NCBI RefSeq assembly: GCF_006345805.1
Contig: NC_043022.1
Span: 4,464,001-4,528,000, forward strand
DNA: 64,000 nt
Reading direction: 5' to 3'
Source of the DNA: Octopus sinensis
Lineage: Eukaryota
Shown: positions 12,641-26,377 of the stretch, in pieces
How positions within the stretch are numbered: the stretch's first letter is position 1
How the letters are laid out: the number at the start of each line of letters is the position of its first letter
The notes under the pieces: model-generated
What the model was told of the DNA's origin: nothing
The model's database searches: none
What the model saw: only the letters and a program-made list of their open reading frames with translations
Program-made: the position numbers and the translations under genes

Positions 12641-13559
12641 TAACAGAATATACATACATACATACACACGCTTACATATACATAGATTTGTATGAATTTT
12701 TATCACACACACACACACACCACACATACACGTACATATATCACTGTTCATTAACAAACGGTAAGAGATCCTCCCCCCTCCCCCCTTTTGCAATATGTCG
12801 GTGTTGTTGTTACAAGCCAAGTTTCACAAGAGAACCATTCACCATCAGATGTCAACAGCAGAGTTAAGAACTGTCTCATTATTGTGATGCAAAAATATTG
12901 CAGCCGCTGTTTCATTGTAAATGGATTCATGTGGAATAATAGATTTACCGAATTCCTGCAGCTTCCTCCTTCAACTCTCATCTACTACAAGAGCAAGGAT
13001 TTCATTGCCGCCATTAAATTTTTCATGGTCTTTTAGCATGCTGGAATCAGTTCCAATGACTGCTCCAGAATTCGTCATCATCATCAATGATGATGATGAT
13101 GATGATGAGATGATGATGGCGATTACACATCCCTTAAGGAATTAATCATCGCCTTCTGTCTGATAGCTTTTCATTATCCATCACGAAATTCTTGGCAACA
13201 ATATTCATTACTCTCTCTCGCCTTCCCTCACCAATATCTTCTCGAAATGTTGTATGGAGAGTAGAGACATCACACACAAGCCTCTGTTTATATTATAACT
13301 CCCGTTTGTAAAACACGTTCCGATATACAAACAGCGGTAATTTTGTGTACCCGGTTTGTTTGTATATTCTATGTATTAATTTTCGTGACTTCTTTATCAA
13401 ACACTTCCCGTTTCTTGCTATCCAATTTCAAATGTACCACTGCACAAAAATACTATTAACAAAAACTTATATTCATATGTTTAACTGCGTCATGTTATCT
13501 TTGTTGCAAACGTTTGTTTTGAGGGTCATGAACAGAAAGATGAGAAGGAAGATGTGCAA

Positions 13560-13660
<101 letters not shown>

Positions 13661-13754
13661 CAAATTTCGTACAGCCCTACAAGTCTATTGTGTAGAGAGG
13701 GTGAGAGAGAAAGGGTTCATGTACTGAGGAAAAGGCATGCATATACAGATTGAT

Positions 13755-14330
13755 ATAGATAAGATGAGAGAGAAGAGAGATAAGATGAGAGAGAGAGATA
13801 AGATGAGAGAGAAGAGAGAGGGATGAGATGAGAGAAGAGAGAGAGAGATAAGATGAGAGAGAAGAGAGAGGGATAAGATGAGAGAGAAGAGAGATAAGAT
13901 GAGAGAGAAGAGAAAGAGATAGGTGAGAGAGAAGAGAGAGAGATAAGGTGAGAGAGAAGAGAGAGAGAGAAGGTGAGAGAGAAGAGAGAGGGATAAGATG
14001 GGAAAGAAGAGAGAGGGATAAGATGAGAGAGAAGAGAGAGAAATAAGATGAGAGAAGAGAGAGAGAGATAAGATGAGAGAAGAGAGAGAGATAAGAGAGA
14101 GAGCAAGATGAGATAAGAGAGAGAGATGAGAGAGAGTGATAAGGTGAGATATCTAAGATGAGAGAGAGACAAGATGACGAGAGAGAGCGATAAGATGAGA
14201 GAGAGACAGACACAGATGAGAGAGATGTGACAGAGTGATGAGAGAGAGAGAGAGATGTGACAGAGTGATGAGAGAGAGAGAGAGATGAGACAGAGAGAAC
14301 GATAGATAGCTAGATAGAGACAGACACACA
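13755..14330. repeat. Purine-rich minisatellite (about 23-bp gataagatgagagagaagagaga unit)
   Basis: Direct inspection. Confidence 0.9.
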
Positions 14331-15968
14331 GACAAACAACCGAGATAGCTGTAAGATCCTTGTTGTTTTAATGTCCACTTTCCCATGCTGACCAGAGGTG
14401 GGATGGAGTTTATTATCATAGCAGATTCTCTACAACTAGATGCTTATCCTGTTATCAACCCTCACCTGTTTCCAAGCAAGGTAATATTTCTCTGTGGCCA
14501 AACGTACTTACGCAGAAAACATCCTCACACAGACGCACACGTACGATGGGCTCCATTCAGTTTCCAGCTACCAAATCTCCTCGTGAGACTTTGATAGGCC
14601 TGTGACCATAAAGAGACTTGCCCAACACACTGAACCCAAAGTGTGATGTGGTTCAGAAGCAAACTTCTTAACCACATAGCCATCAATGTACACATGTATT
14701 GGTGCAGGTGTGGCTGTGTGGTAAGAAGCTTGCTTACCAACCACAAGGTTCTGTGGCACCTTGAGCAAGTATCTTTTACTATAGCCTCAGGCCGACCAAA
14801 GCCTTGTGGGTGGAATTGGTAGGCAGAAACTGAAAGAAGCTCATCATACGTGTGTGTGCACACAAGCACAGAAAAGTCCACTCACGAGGTTTTAGTTGGC
14901 CCAAGTAATAGAAGGCATCTGCCGAAGGTGCCATGCAGTAGGACTGAACCTGGAACCATGTGGTTGGGAAGCAAGTTTCTTAGCACACAGCCACACCAGT
15001 GCCTCTACTATGGTGATATATCAACAGTACAGAGTACAGTAATGATGGATATCATAAGAGTACAGAGTAGAGTACAGATATTGGTAGCACCAGCACAATG
15101 TACAGAAGCCTGTAGTGATGTACAGACAAATGGTACGTTTAGTATGTGAAAGGGATAAACAGTCAAATGAATAGTTTGCATCAGCAGGAGAGAGAGAGAG
15201 AGAGAGTGTGTGTGTGTGAGAGAGAGAAAGGTAAGAGAGTGGATAAGATTTCAAACTGACACTGCAGACATTATGGACAGCGCATAGATATTAGGTGAGG
15301 TTGGTGGAATTCCTCACTACATTGAAATGTTAGACAACATGTCTGTGACAAGTGGGGAGGGAGGTGGCAGAAGAATGTGTGTGTGTGTGTGTGTATACAT
15401 ACTGGAATGAATGTGAGCATAAAATAACAAGGGTGTAAATTTTTGAGTTGATGTGTACAGATATGAAATTCAGTATATAACTGAGCAGACAAACATGTCA
15501 GAATGCTTATACAGATGTGTGTATATATGTATGTGTATAGACATGTATGTGTGTGTGAGAGAGAGAGAGACAGAGACAGAGAAAGAGAGAAGGAGAGAGA
15601 ACATGTTGGAGGAATGTTGCCACATGAAAACACATGCAGAGGAAAGCATGTCTTTGCGTCTACATGAATACATTACACTGGTGCACCAGATGCATATTAT
15701 ATACATATAAAAAATACCCATGCTGGGGCCATGTAATGTGAAGTGGTTGGTGTCAGGAAGAGCATCCAGCTGTAGAAACCATGCCAAAACAGCCAATTGG
15801 AGCCTGGTGGAGGGCTCTGGCTTGCCAGCCCCTGTCAAACCACCCAACCCCTTGCCAGCATGGAAAACGGATGTTAAATGGTGATTTATTTATATATATA
15901 CATATATACACATATATAAACAGCTAATTTAGTTATTACTCTGTAGATTGAAAAAAATGAACAGCCTT

Positions 15969-16363
15969 AGGCACAGGAGTGGCTGTGTGGTAAGAAGCTT
16001 GCTTCCCAACCACATAGTTCCAGGTTCAGTCCCACTGCATGGTACCTTGGGCAAGTGTCTTTTACTACAGCTTCAGGCCAACCAAAGATTTGAGTGGATT
16101 TGATAGACAGAAACTGAAAAAAACCCCGCCGTATACATACACATATATATATTTGTGTCTGTGTTTGTCCCCACACCACCACCACCACCACCATTGCTTG
16201 ACAACTGATGCTGGTGTGTTTATGTCCCCATGACTTAGTGGTTTGGCAAAAGAGACCAATAAAATAAGTGCTAGGATTACAAACAAAAAGTCCTGGTGTC
16301 AGTTCGTTCGACTAAAGGCAGTGCTCCAGCATTGCCGCAGTCAAATGGCTGAAGCAAGTAAAA
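15969..16363 (+). mobile_element. SINE S1, diverged
   Basis: Head, body and tail recognisable. Confidence 0.85.
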
Positions 16364-16377
16364 CAATAACCTTAATT

Positions 16378-16790
16378 CATCATCATCATCGTTTAGCGTC
16401 TGCTTTCCATGCTAGCATGGGTTGGACGGTTCAACTGGGGTCTGGGAAGCCTGAAGGCTGCACCAGGCCCAGTCAGATCTGGAAGTGTTTCTACGGCTGG
16501 ATGCCATTCCTAACACTAACCACTCCGTGAGTGTAGTACATGCTTTTTACGTGCCAGACAAGACTGGCAAACGGCCACGATCGGATGGTGCTTTTTACGT
16601 GCCACCGGCACGGGGTCCAAGCGAGGCTGGCAATGGCCACGATCGGATGGTGCTTTTTACGTGCCACTGGCACGAGGCCAGTCAGGGCGGTGCTGGCAAC
16701 GGCCACATTCGGATGGTTCTCTTACGTGCCACCGGCACTGGTATCACAGCTGCAATTTCCATTGATGTTGATCAATTTCGATTTGATATT
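16378..16790 (-). mobile_element. RTE-tailed non-autonomous retroelement with internal ~60-bp gtgccaccggcac repeats
   Basis: Minus-strand 3' end ccgtccaacccatgctagcatggaaagcagacgctaaacgatgatgatg, an RTE-type (GAT)n tail. Confidence 0.75.
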
Positions 16791-17510
16791 TAAAAATCCT
16801 ATTGGATTCTCATTGGAGATGATGTCTCCATCCATTTGACCAATTCCAGAGAAACAAGCAGACAATCCGTTTACAGACACAACAATAACAGCAGCAACAG
16901 AAAACTGGATTTACTAATTTGCATATTGTAAGTGTTAATCACTTTTAAATATCAACAGAGACCTCAACAAGGCAGTGCCCCAGCATGGCCACAGCTCGTG
17001 AGCTGAAACTAGACAAAAATTTTAAAATATATAAAAAAAAAAAGGATACACACACACACACACACAAAGATATTCCTGTCATGACCACCACTTCTTACGT
17101 AGAACTAATTCGTCCAATGTGTCCTTCCTTAGTAGGAAACAATCTGAAGGAATTCCGTTGTTATTTCAAACAGAGGGACCAACAGCCTCGTCGACTCCTT
17201 TGATTTGTACCAGTGCATCTGTACCCACATACTTGTAATGTGTATACACACATACACACACACACATACATACACACAAACACACGCTTTGGGCACTTAC
17301 AAATGTGTGTGTGTGTGGTGTGTGTGTGTGTGTAAATGATATCATGAGCATGTATGGATACATAGTTGTATGGGAGTGTGCATGTGTGTGTGTGTGTGTG
17401 TGTGTGAACATATAGCTTGCATGCAAGTGAGGGTGGGGGGTCTTGTGGGAGGGGTTTGTGTGTATGGATGGGGGTTTCTTGGGGGAGGGGGCTTGGCTGC
17501 ATGTGTTTGA

Positions 17511-17883
17511 CTTATGTGTGTATTTGGCCTGTGTGCATGTCTTTCGCTCGTGTGTGTGTGTGTGGTGTGTGTCGTTGGCTCGTGTGCATACATGGGACTT
17601 GTGTGTGTATTTGGCCTGTGTGCATGTCTTTCGCTTGTGTGTGTGTGTGTGTGTCTTTGGCTCGTGTGCATACATGGGACTTATGTGTGTATTTGGCCTG
17701 TGTGCATGTCTTTCGCTCGTGTGTGTGTGTGTGTGTGTGTCGTTGGCTCGTGTGCATACATGGGACTTGTGTGTGTATTTGGCCTGTGTGCATGTCTTTC
17801 GCTTGTGTGTGTGTGTGTGTGTCTTTGGCTCGTGTGCATACATGGGACTTATGTGTGTATTTGGCCTGTGTGCATGTCTTTCG

Positions 17884-17914
<31 letters not shown>

Positions 17915-18630
17915 CGTTGGCTCGTGTGCATACGTGGGACTTGTGTGTGTATTTGGCCTGTGTGCATGTCTTTCGCTTGTGTGTGTGTGTCGTTGGCTCG
18001 TGTGCTTACATGGGGCTTGTGTGTGTATTTGGCCTGTGTGCATGTCTTTCGCTTGTGTGTGTGTGTGTGTGTGTCGTTGGCTCGTGTGCTTACATGGGGC
18101 TTGGTGTGTGTTTTGGCCTGTGTGCAGGTCTTTCGCTTGTGTGTGTGTGTGTGTGTCCGTTGGCTCGTGTGCTTACATGGGGCTTGTGTGTGTATTTGGC
18201 CTGTGTGCATGTCTTTCGCTCGTGTGTGTGTGTGTGTGTGTGTCGTTGGCTCGTGTGCATACATGGGACTTGTGTGTGTATTTGCCTGTGTGCATGTCTT
18301 TCGCTCGTGTGTGTGTGTGTGTGTGTCGTTGGCTCGTGTGCATACTGGGACTTGTGTGTGTATTTGGCCTGTGTGCATGTCTTTCGCTTGTGTGTGGTGT
18401 GTGTGTGTGTGTCGTTGGCTCGTGTGCTTACATGGGGCTTGTGTGTGTATTTGGCCTGTGTGCATGTCTTTCGCTTGTGTGTGTGTGTGTGTGTGTCGTT
18501 GGCTCGTGTGCTTACATGGGGCTTGTGTGTGTATTTGGCCTGTGTGCATGTCTTTCGCTTGTGTGTGTGTGTGTGTGTGTGTGTCGTTGGCTCGTGTGCT
18601 TACATGGGGCTTGTGTGTGTGTGCATGTGT
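17511..18630. repeat. Minisatellite, about 13.5 units of 76-92 bp with an embedded variable (GT)n
   Basis: The anchor tatttggcctgtgtgcatgtctttcgct (two variant copies) recurs 13 times from 17521 to 18532. Confidence 0.95.
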
Positions 18631-19029
18631 TTCTAGCTTTGTGCACATGCATATTTCAATTTCAACAGGACAAAAATGATAACTATAAAAGACACCACAC
18701 ACACACACACACACACACACATGCAGAGTAACCCTAGGCAACAGCTGGTGATGACTCGTGAACAGAGAGAGGGAGAGCAAGAGAGAGAGGCTGGAGAGGG
18801 AGGGAATGATGTCACCAACAGATTGTCCACAAAATTTCAAACCTTCAATTTCAACAATAATTTTCACTTCCAAGGGCAACACTGCTGCTACCACTGAAAC
18901 ATGGCTGCCAGCTGGGCTGAATCACCATCACCTAAACTAGTTCACACACCATTAGCTCACCCTCTTACCACCCTCTTATCTCATCACAAGAACATTTCAG
19001 ATATCCACCATAGAAATAAAGACTCGTTT

Positions 19030-19360
19030 CATTACTTTTATTTGTTTTTAGTCATTAGACTGTGGCCATGCTGTAGCACAACCTTGAAGGATTTTTAGCC
19101 CAACAAATCAAACAATACTTCACCCCACCCCCTTAAGCCCAATATTCTATCAGTCTCTTACCAAACCACTAAGTTACAGGAATGTAAACAAACCAACACC
19201 GGTTGCCAAGCGGTGGCAGTGGGACAAACACTGGCACAAAGACACACACACACACACGTTATATGTACGAGCTTCTTTCAGTTTCCATCTCCCAAATTTA
19301 TTCACAAGACATTGGTCAGCCTCAGTTGATGGTAGAAGACATTTGTCCAAGGTGCCATGC
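19030..19360 (-). mobile_element. SINE S1, old diverged copy
   Basis: Reverse-complement tail and body motifs (gactgtggccatgctg, cttctttcagtttcc). Confidence 0.7.
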
Positions 19361-20329
19361 TTATTCAGTGGATTTGGTAAATGGAATCTGAAATATCTAA
19401 AAAGGACTCAGCGGACACTTTAAAGTGGCCAGTGTTAGGAAGGGTCACCGGCTGTAGAAACCATGCTGGAACAGACACAGAATCTAGCGGAGCCTTCTGG
19501 CTTGTCTGTTCTTGTCAAACTGTCCAACACATCCAGCATGGAAAAAAAGGGATGTTAAATGATCACACACACACACACACATGCGTGTGTGTGTTTTTCT
19601 GAGTCTGTCCTCCATCACTGTTTAACAACTTGTACAGGTATTTTTATGTCCCTATAACTTAGTGGGTCAGCAAAAGAGACTGATAGAATACGAACCAGGC
19701 CTTAAAAAGTACCGGGGTCAATTTGTTCAACTAATATTCAAGGCATGATCCAAGTCTAATGACTGAAATGGGATAAAACGTGTGTGGGCGTGTGTGTGTG
19801 TGTGTGTGTATGTGTGGGCATGTGTGTGTGTGTGTGTGGGCATGTGTGTGTGTGTGTGGGCATGTGTGTGTGTGTATGCGTGGACATGTGTGTGTGTGTG
19901 TGTGGGGGGGGCATGTGTGTGTGTGTGTGTGCCTATTATCTCCACACTAACATAAACTCAATATTTTTCTTGCACATGGCAACAGTAATTAATCCTTTTG
20001 TTCCCATATTCCTATTGAAATACGGTAACTAAAAGACACCACTTTTGTGCCAAATGTTTGAAAACAATAAAGAATTTCATAAAATTACTTTGTCATTAAT
20101 AATCTGGTGTTTGGAACACAAATTAACCAGAAATTCTGACTGAAAGTTTTGTTTGTTTTTTTTTTGTTCTTTTTTAACTTGGATCACTTTATCAAGAGTA
20201 GATATATATCCTGGTTGGCACCAAAATGGTTGAAATTCAAAATTCATAAATCTTAAAAACATGAAAAAAAATCCACATTGAATAAAAGTTGTTTTATACA
20301 TTCCAGTGTAAAAATTTTTGTGATTTTGG

Positions 20330-21480
20330 CACTCTCAAGAGTGTAGGAAATCTTTGCACATACTCCCTAATGTTTGCGAAATAATGTATAAGCAAAACAG
20401 TTAATCCTTTGAAATTTATTCCTCTTCCATGTGGAATAAAGCTTTGATATTCCTCAGTTAAGTTTATTTATTCTCCAATATATCTGAAGACTTTGTTTTA
20501 AACCTCATGGCTAAGGCCATGATGCAGCACTTTCTCCAAAAGTGGAATAAAAAGCAATTTCATAACTGTCTAAGTTTTGAAAGACAGAAATATAGTTTTA
20601 ATTATTTCCATTGTATAACGATGCATAGAAGTTATTATTACTCCGGTGACAAGCAAGCAGTTTGACCCTCCAGGGTACAAAAGTATTATTTTATGCTCTC
20701 CAGAGTTAAAAACATAGATGAACAATCTCCGGGGGTAAAAAGGGTTGTGTAAATCTCCAGAGTGAAAATAAAGTGGGGGTTTTTTCATAGTCTCCATGGT
20801 GAAAAGAAGTTGTTTAACATTGTTCAGTGAAATTTTATGTGGTTCAACATTTTCCAAAATAAATAGGTGTGGTTTAGCAATCTCCAGGATAGAAAGATGT
20901 ATCTTGTAATCTCCAGTGAGCAAATAAACAAGTTTTATACTCCACAATGTGTAAAGATATGGTTTAGTACTCTCCAGAGTGCAAAAATACATTTAGTCTC
21001 TCCAATGTGCAAAGATACTTTTGGTACTCTCCAGCATGCAAAGGTACTTTTGGTACTCTCCAGCGTGCAAAGGTACTTTTGGTACTCTCCAGCGTGCAAA
21101 GGTACTTTTGGTACTCTCCAGAGAATAAAAATAGTTATTACTCTCCTGTGTGCAAAGATACACTATTTCATCCTCTTTTGTGTACAAAGATCCATTTGGT
21201 ACTCTCCAGAGTGCAAAGGTACATTATTTAGTCCTCTTTTGTGTATGAAGATAGATTTAGTCCTTTCCTGTGTGCAAACATACATATAGCACCCTCCAGT
21301 GTACAAAGGTGCTTTTGGTACTCTCCTGTGTGAAAAGATATATTAGTTAGTCCTCTTTTGTGGATAAAGATAGATTTAGTCCTCCCCTATGTACCGAGAC
21401 ATTTAGCACTCTCCAGGGTGCACAAAGGTACTTTTGATAGTCTCCAGTGTACAAAGAAAGGGTTTTGAACTCTTCAGCAT
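20330..21480. repeat. Degenerate ~29-bp tandem array with a homogeneous core at 21021-21120
   Basis: ttggtactctccagc(a/g)tgcaaaggtactt starts at 21021, 21050, 21079 and 21108; a CTCC core recurs at about 27-32-bp spacing in the flanks. Confidence 0.8.
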
Positions 21481-21643
21481 GCGAAGAAAATGTTTTGTTT
21501 AATTTTATAATAATAATAATAATAATAATAATAAAGCTTATAATGTGTGGAAAGAGACCCTGTGAGACCTTTGACAGCAGACTGTGTCCACTCTCACAGA
21601 ATCTATCAGAGCAAACAAGACTGAGTACTCTGAGAGGTAAAAC

Positions 21644-21687
<44 letters not shown>

Positions 21688-22579
21688 GTATCTGTGGAAT
21701 AAGTGTTAGGTGTATATAATATCTGTGAATTAAAACTTGGCTATGTATCACAGGTGAGGGAGAGAGTGTTGGTTGTAGCATGTGATGGTGGTGATGGAAG
21801 AAAGTATTGCATGTATAACATGTGTGTGGTGGAATAAGTATAACATGTCCAAGGCAATAAGTGACGACTGTATATCCTGCTTATGGAACAAGTTTCATAT
21901 TCAACAAGAGAAAAATAATAGAATACAGAGACGTACACGCATCTAACGCATCTAACGTTGATAAAACGACGACAAGAGGCCTGTCAAAATAGATTAAGTA
22001 TGTATGACGGATATCAGAGAATTGGCAAAGAAGATAACAATATTTAGAAATTTACCAATAAATTATGAATGTAGAATAAATGTTTCTTCAACAACAACAA
22101 CAGCAGCAACAACAATGACAACAACAGACAGTGTGTAGATTTGCTTTGACCTCTACAGACATTCCGGTGGTTCTTGATTGTGTTATATTGCCATTTAAGG
22201 AAACTAGTGTTTGGTTGTGTGTGTGTGTGTGTGTGTGTGAGTGAATGTTCATGTACATTTATGTATTCACATATCTGTATATGTACAGGTGCTTGCATAC
22301 TCTGTGTGTGTGTATTTGCATGTCTGTGTATGAGCAGGTGTTTGCACACAAACTCTGTGTGTGTGTGTGTGTGAGTGTGTGTGTGAGAGAGTGTGTGTGT
22401 AGACATGGTAACATGGTAGAGTGACACATATGTAGATACAATGAGTTGAAAAAATTTGAGATTATAAATGCAGTTAGTAGAGAAAACCTCCCTCCTACGG
22501 TAGGCAGTATTTAAAAATCACACAAGGGAGATAACCACAATGATATCAGCTTATCCAAATACATGGCTAAAAATAAAAT

Positions 22580-23300
22580 GCAGTTTAAGAGTAGACCTTG
22601 TCTTTTACCCTTTGGCAAATATTTGCCCTATTTTTATGCTTCAATTGACAATGGTCCAGCCTCTCACACCCACCCCACAATAACACCCTGAAAACAACCA
22701 CATTATTCAAACCTTGAAGTTACAAGATAATGCACATTTAACTGAAAACCGGGAACGAACAAGCTTTACATTTGACAGAATTATGTGAATGCGGAAAGGT
22801 GGACTCGGCCATATCTGGCTCATATAGATTCTTTCTGTTTTATGTTCAAACTGACCAGATCTGGTCTCTCGTACCTACCCTGCAATGTCATTCTAAAAAA
22901 ACAAACAATCACCTTATTGAAATCTCAAAGCTAAGAGACAGTGCATGATGGATTCAAAAACAATGTCAATAAATAAACGTTACATTTGAGAGAGTAACCC
23001 AAACGCTGAAAGGTCGAATCAGACATACCCGGCCATAATAGTCTACCCGTTTTATATCCCAACTAGCCAGATCTGGCCTCTTACACTTACCCTACAATGT
23101 CATTCCAAAATTAGACAATCAAATCATTGAAATCTCAAAGCTACGAGATAATCCATGATTAATCCAAAACAATGTGAATAAATAAGGATTACATTCGCCA
23201 GAAGAATCTGAATGCTAAAGGGTCGAATTAGCCATGTCCAGCCCAAATACTCTACCCGTTTTATGTTCAAACTGACCAGATCTGGCCTCTTACACCCAAA
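22580..23300 (+). repeat. Head-to-tail array of about 3.5 diverged copies of the 43758-type MITE
   Basis: The anchor ccagatctgg occurs at 22855, 23067 and 23276 (period about 210). Confidence 0.75.
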
Positions 23301-23994
23301 AGGCTGTGGACCCACTGCCCTTGAAGTGAACTGGTTTCGAGCAGGAATTGAAACCTCCAACGCTTCTGATACTGAAGAGTTCACACAAAGAGATCTTATC
23401 TGCTGCTCTAGGTAGACTTTTAATAAATGATTTTCCTTCTGTTAAGTGACTAATAAAAGGGAAATCCTGCTATTTCCGGATCACCAAGCAGAAGAGAAGG
23501 GGAGAGGGGACGCTGGCGGGGGAGGGGGAGTAAAGGCAAGAGTGAGAGGATATCCATTTTCCTATTGTTCTTTTCAAAGTGTGTAACATGATAAAAAGAC
23601 CCCCCCACCAATTGGCTGGCCTCCCCCTTTATCTGGGGAAAAAATCTATAGCAATAAATCACAGTTAAACCATTATTACCAACCAACCTGCCACAGATAC
23701 TTCTCCTCCACCTGCTCCTCTTCCTCCCCCCCCTGCCTCAACACCACCACCACCACCACCACCACCTTTCTATCCCCTCCTTCCTCCGGCCAGTCTTCAA
23801 GGTTTCTTCTAGCAGAAGAAGATATCACATTTTGTTTTGACATGCTTTTAATAGTTACCACTAAATGGAACCTACACACACACACACACAAACTAAAGCT
23901 ACCTACAAACAATCTACACATACACATACTACCTATGAACAATATAGTACACACACACACACACACACGTACAAACCAAGACAGGTTTACTTTT

Positions 23995-24370
23995 TATCTT
24001 ATACTTGCTTCAGTCACTGGACTGTGGCCATGCTGGGGCACCACCTGGAAGGAATTTAGTCACACAAATCGACCCCAGAATCCTTTTTGCTTATTTTTTG
24101 TTTAAGCCTGGTACTTATTCTATCACTCTCTTATTGTCAAACCACTAAGTTACAGGGACATAAAAACACACCAACACCAGTTGCCAAGCAGTAGTAGGAG
24201 ACAAACAAACACACAGGCTTCTTTCAGTTTCCATCTACCAAATCCACTCACAAGACTTTGGTCGGCCCATGTCTATAGTAAAAGACACTTGCCCAAGATG
24301 CCACACAGTGGCACTGAAGTGCCAAGACAACATAGATGTGAAGCAAGCTTCTTACCCACCAAACCACACC
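23995..24370 (-). mobile_element. SINE S1, diverged
   Basis: Reverse-complement body motifs. Confidence 0.75.
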
Positions 24371-24416
24371 TCAAATCATATTTCACTCACTCAGGCATTT
24401 GCTCTTTGAGCAGGTA

Positions 24417-24955
24417 TTAACCATTTTGTTACCATATTCCTGTTGATATGCTCTGTGTTTCTTGCAATTATTTTAAATATAACAAAGACTTTAGTAAAAT
24501 AACTTAGTTATCATTAAGCTAGTGTTAGGAACATAAATTGTTATTAAGGTTTGGTGGAAAATTTTCATTTCAAAACTTATGAAAACAAGACATTTGTATT
24601 TAGAGCCAGAGCCGGTTTCAGCCCAGTTGGTAGCAAAAGAATTAATTTGCAGATTTTGTTTCATTTGTTAGAAATAGCAGCCAAATCTTGTACAAATTGA
24701 AGATACATTTCACTGACTGTCTTTAACCCTTTCGTTACTGTATTTATTTTGAGATGATCTGTGTTTTTATTTTAATTAATTTTAAATATAAAAAAGATTT
24801 TAGTAAAATAACTTCGTTATCATTAAGCTAGTGTTAGGAACATAAATTGTGACTAAGGTTTGGTGGAGGATTTTAATTGAAAACTTTTGAAAACAGGACA
24901 TTTGTACTACAAAGCCAGAGGTGGTTTTAGCCAGGTTGGTATTGGAAAGGGTTGA
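24417..24955. mobile_element. Two same-orientation copies of a second TTAA-type MITE (24417-24645, 24723-24955)
   Basis: Shared body ttatcattaagctagtgttaggaacataaattg; ttaaccctttcgttac-like ends. A related end occurs at 61497. Confidence 0.7.
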
Positions 24956-25442
24956 TAATGGTCAAGAAGACCTACTGAAAACCCCATAACAAGCAAAGAT
25001 CCTCGACCATGTCATGCTACATTCCTGCTGTAGCAGCAATAGGTTAAACATCATCTCTGCCAGACTCCTGGCAAAGCGGTAATGAACATCACACGGAACA
25101 AAAGATGAAACAACCGAATCCGACCATTACTCTGCCAGAAATTGTTTGTTCTTCAGCTGTATATGCAACAACCATTTATGTTTCCACCCAGGTGAAGAGT
25201 GAAGGTAGACACAGGGGTACAGGTCCGTGAGGGCCAAGTCCAGTTGTTGACCAAAACAAATCTGAATGGGACAGGAATGGTGGAGGGGAAGGTGCCGTTA
25301 GTAACCACTAATGTTGAAAATAAACCAACACAACAGTTTATATATCAGTAGGGCAAATACCAGCACAGGAGGGAATGTTCAATAGCCCAATGAATGATAT
25401 GACGTGTGTACATGGTATATATACATATATATATATATATAT

Positions 25443-25701
25443 ATCACGTGACCGACCAGACCATCAGATGTTGCAACACATCGCGTTCGCATTGTTTTAG
25501 CCTTCGAATGACGCCACCCCACTGGCTAAGCGAGCAGGCCAACAGAAGAAAGAGAGAAAGAGTACAGCAGGGATCACCACCCCCTACCGGAGCCTCGTGG
25601 AGCTTTTAGATGTTTTCGCTCGATAAACACTCACAACGCCCAGTCTGGGAATCGAAACCGCGATCCTACAACCGCGAGTCCGCTGCCCCATTGCGCCTCC
25701 A
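25443..25701 (-). mobile_element. SINE S2, short 3' variant
   Basis: Same head as 28909 but a different 3' module, shared with 49857 and 53853. Confidence 0.85.
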
Positions 25702-26336
25702 CTTATATATATATACATTCATGCACTATACAGACACATGTACAAGTTACTTACCCTACTGATATACAAACACAAAACTATATACACTGATGTAAACAGA
25801 GAAGAAATTCCATGAATATTTTGGCAAGACATATTTCGTATATCCAGAAATGGTAGAGAGAGAGAGAGAGACAGTGAAAGAGAAGCTATAAGGTTAAAGA
25901 AGTGCAAATAATACAGACATATACACACAGATATATACATATATTTATATATATTATATTACACATTCACTTGAACACAAATATATAACCATAACAATCG
26001 CATAGACCATAGCTAAAATGATGCAATATGTGCATGTATATATATATGTTTGTGTATGTATATATATCCACACACACACACACACAGAGTCACTACAAGG
26101 ATATCTAGAACTCTTGTAGGGATTATTTTGTATTTCGAAGAGATATTTCTTCAATGAATATATTGTATAAAATATCACGAAACATCAAATATTATAATTA
26201 AGTTTGAAAACAGAGAGATCCAACAGATACAAATTAATTTATTAACTGTTAATTAATCAATAAATTAATTTGTATCCATTGTATCTCTCCATTTTCAAAC
26301 TTAATAATATATATTTAATCTCATCATCATCATCAT

Positions 26337-26377
<41 letters not shown>

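Noticed and set aside
17417-18894. 400-460-aa ORFs on both strands
   Set aside because: They are translations of the GT-rich minisatellite (CV/HT repeats); stop codons are simply scarce in the unit.
20330-21480. CRISPR-like periodicity (also 17511-18630 and 43131-43690)
   Set aside because: The units are homologous along their whole length, with no unique spacers and no cas genes, and the context is eukaryotic.
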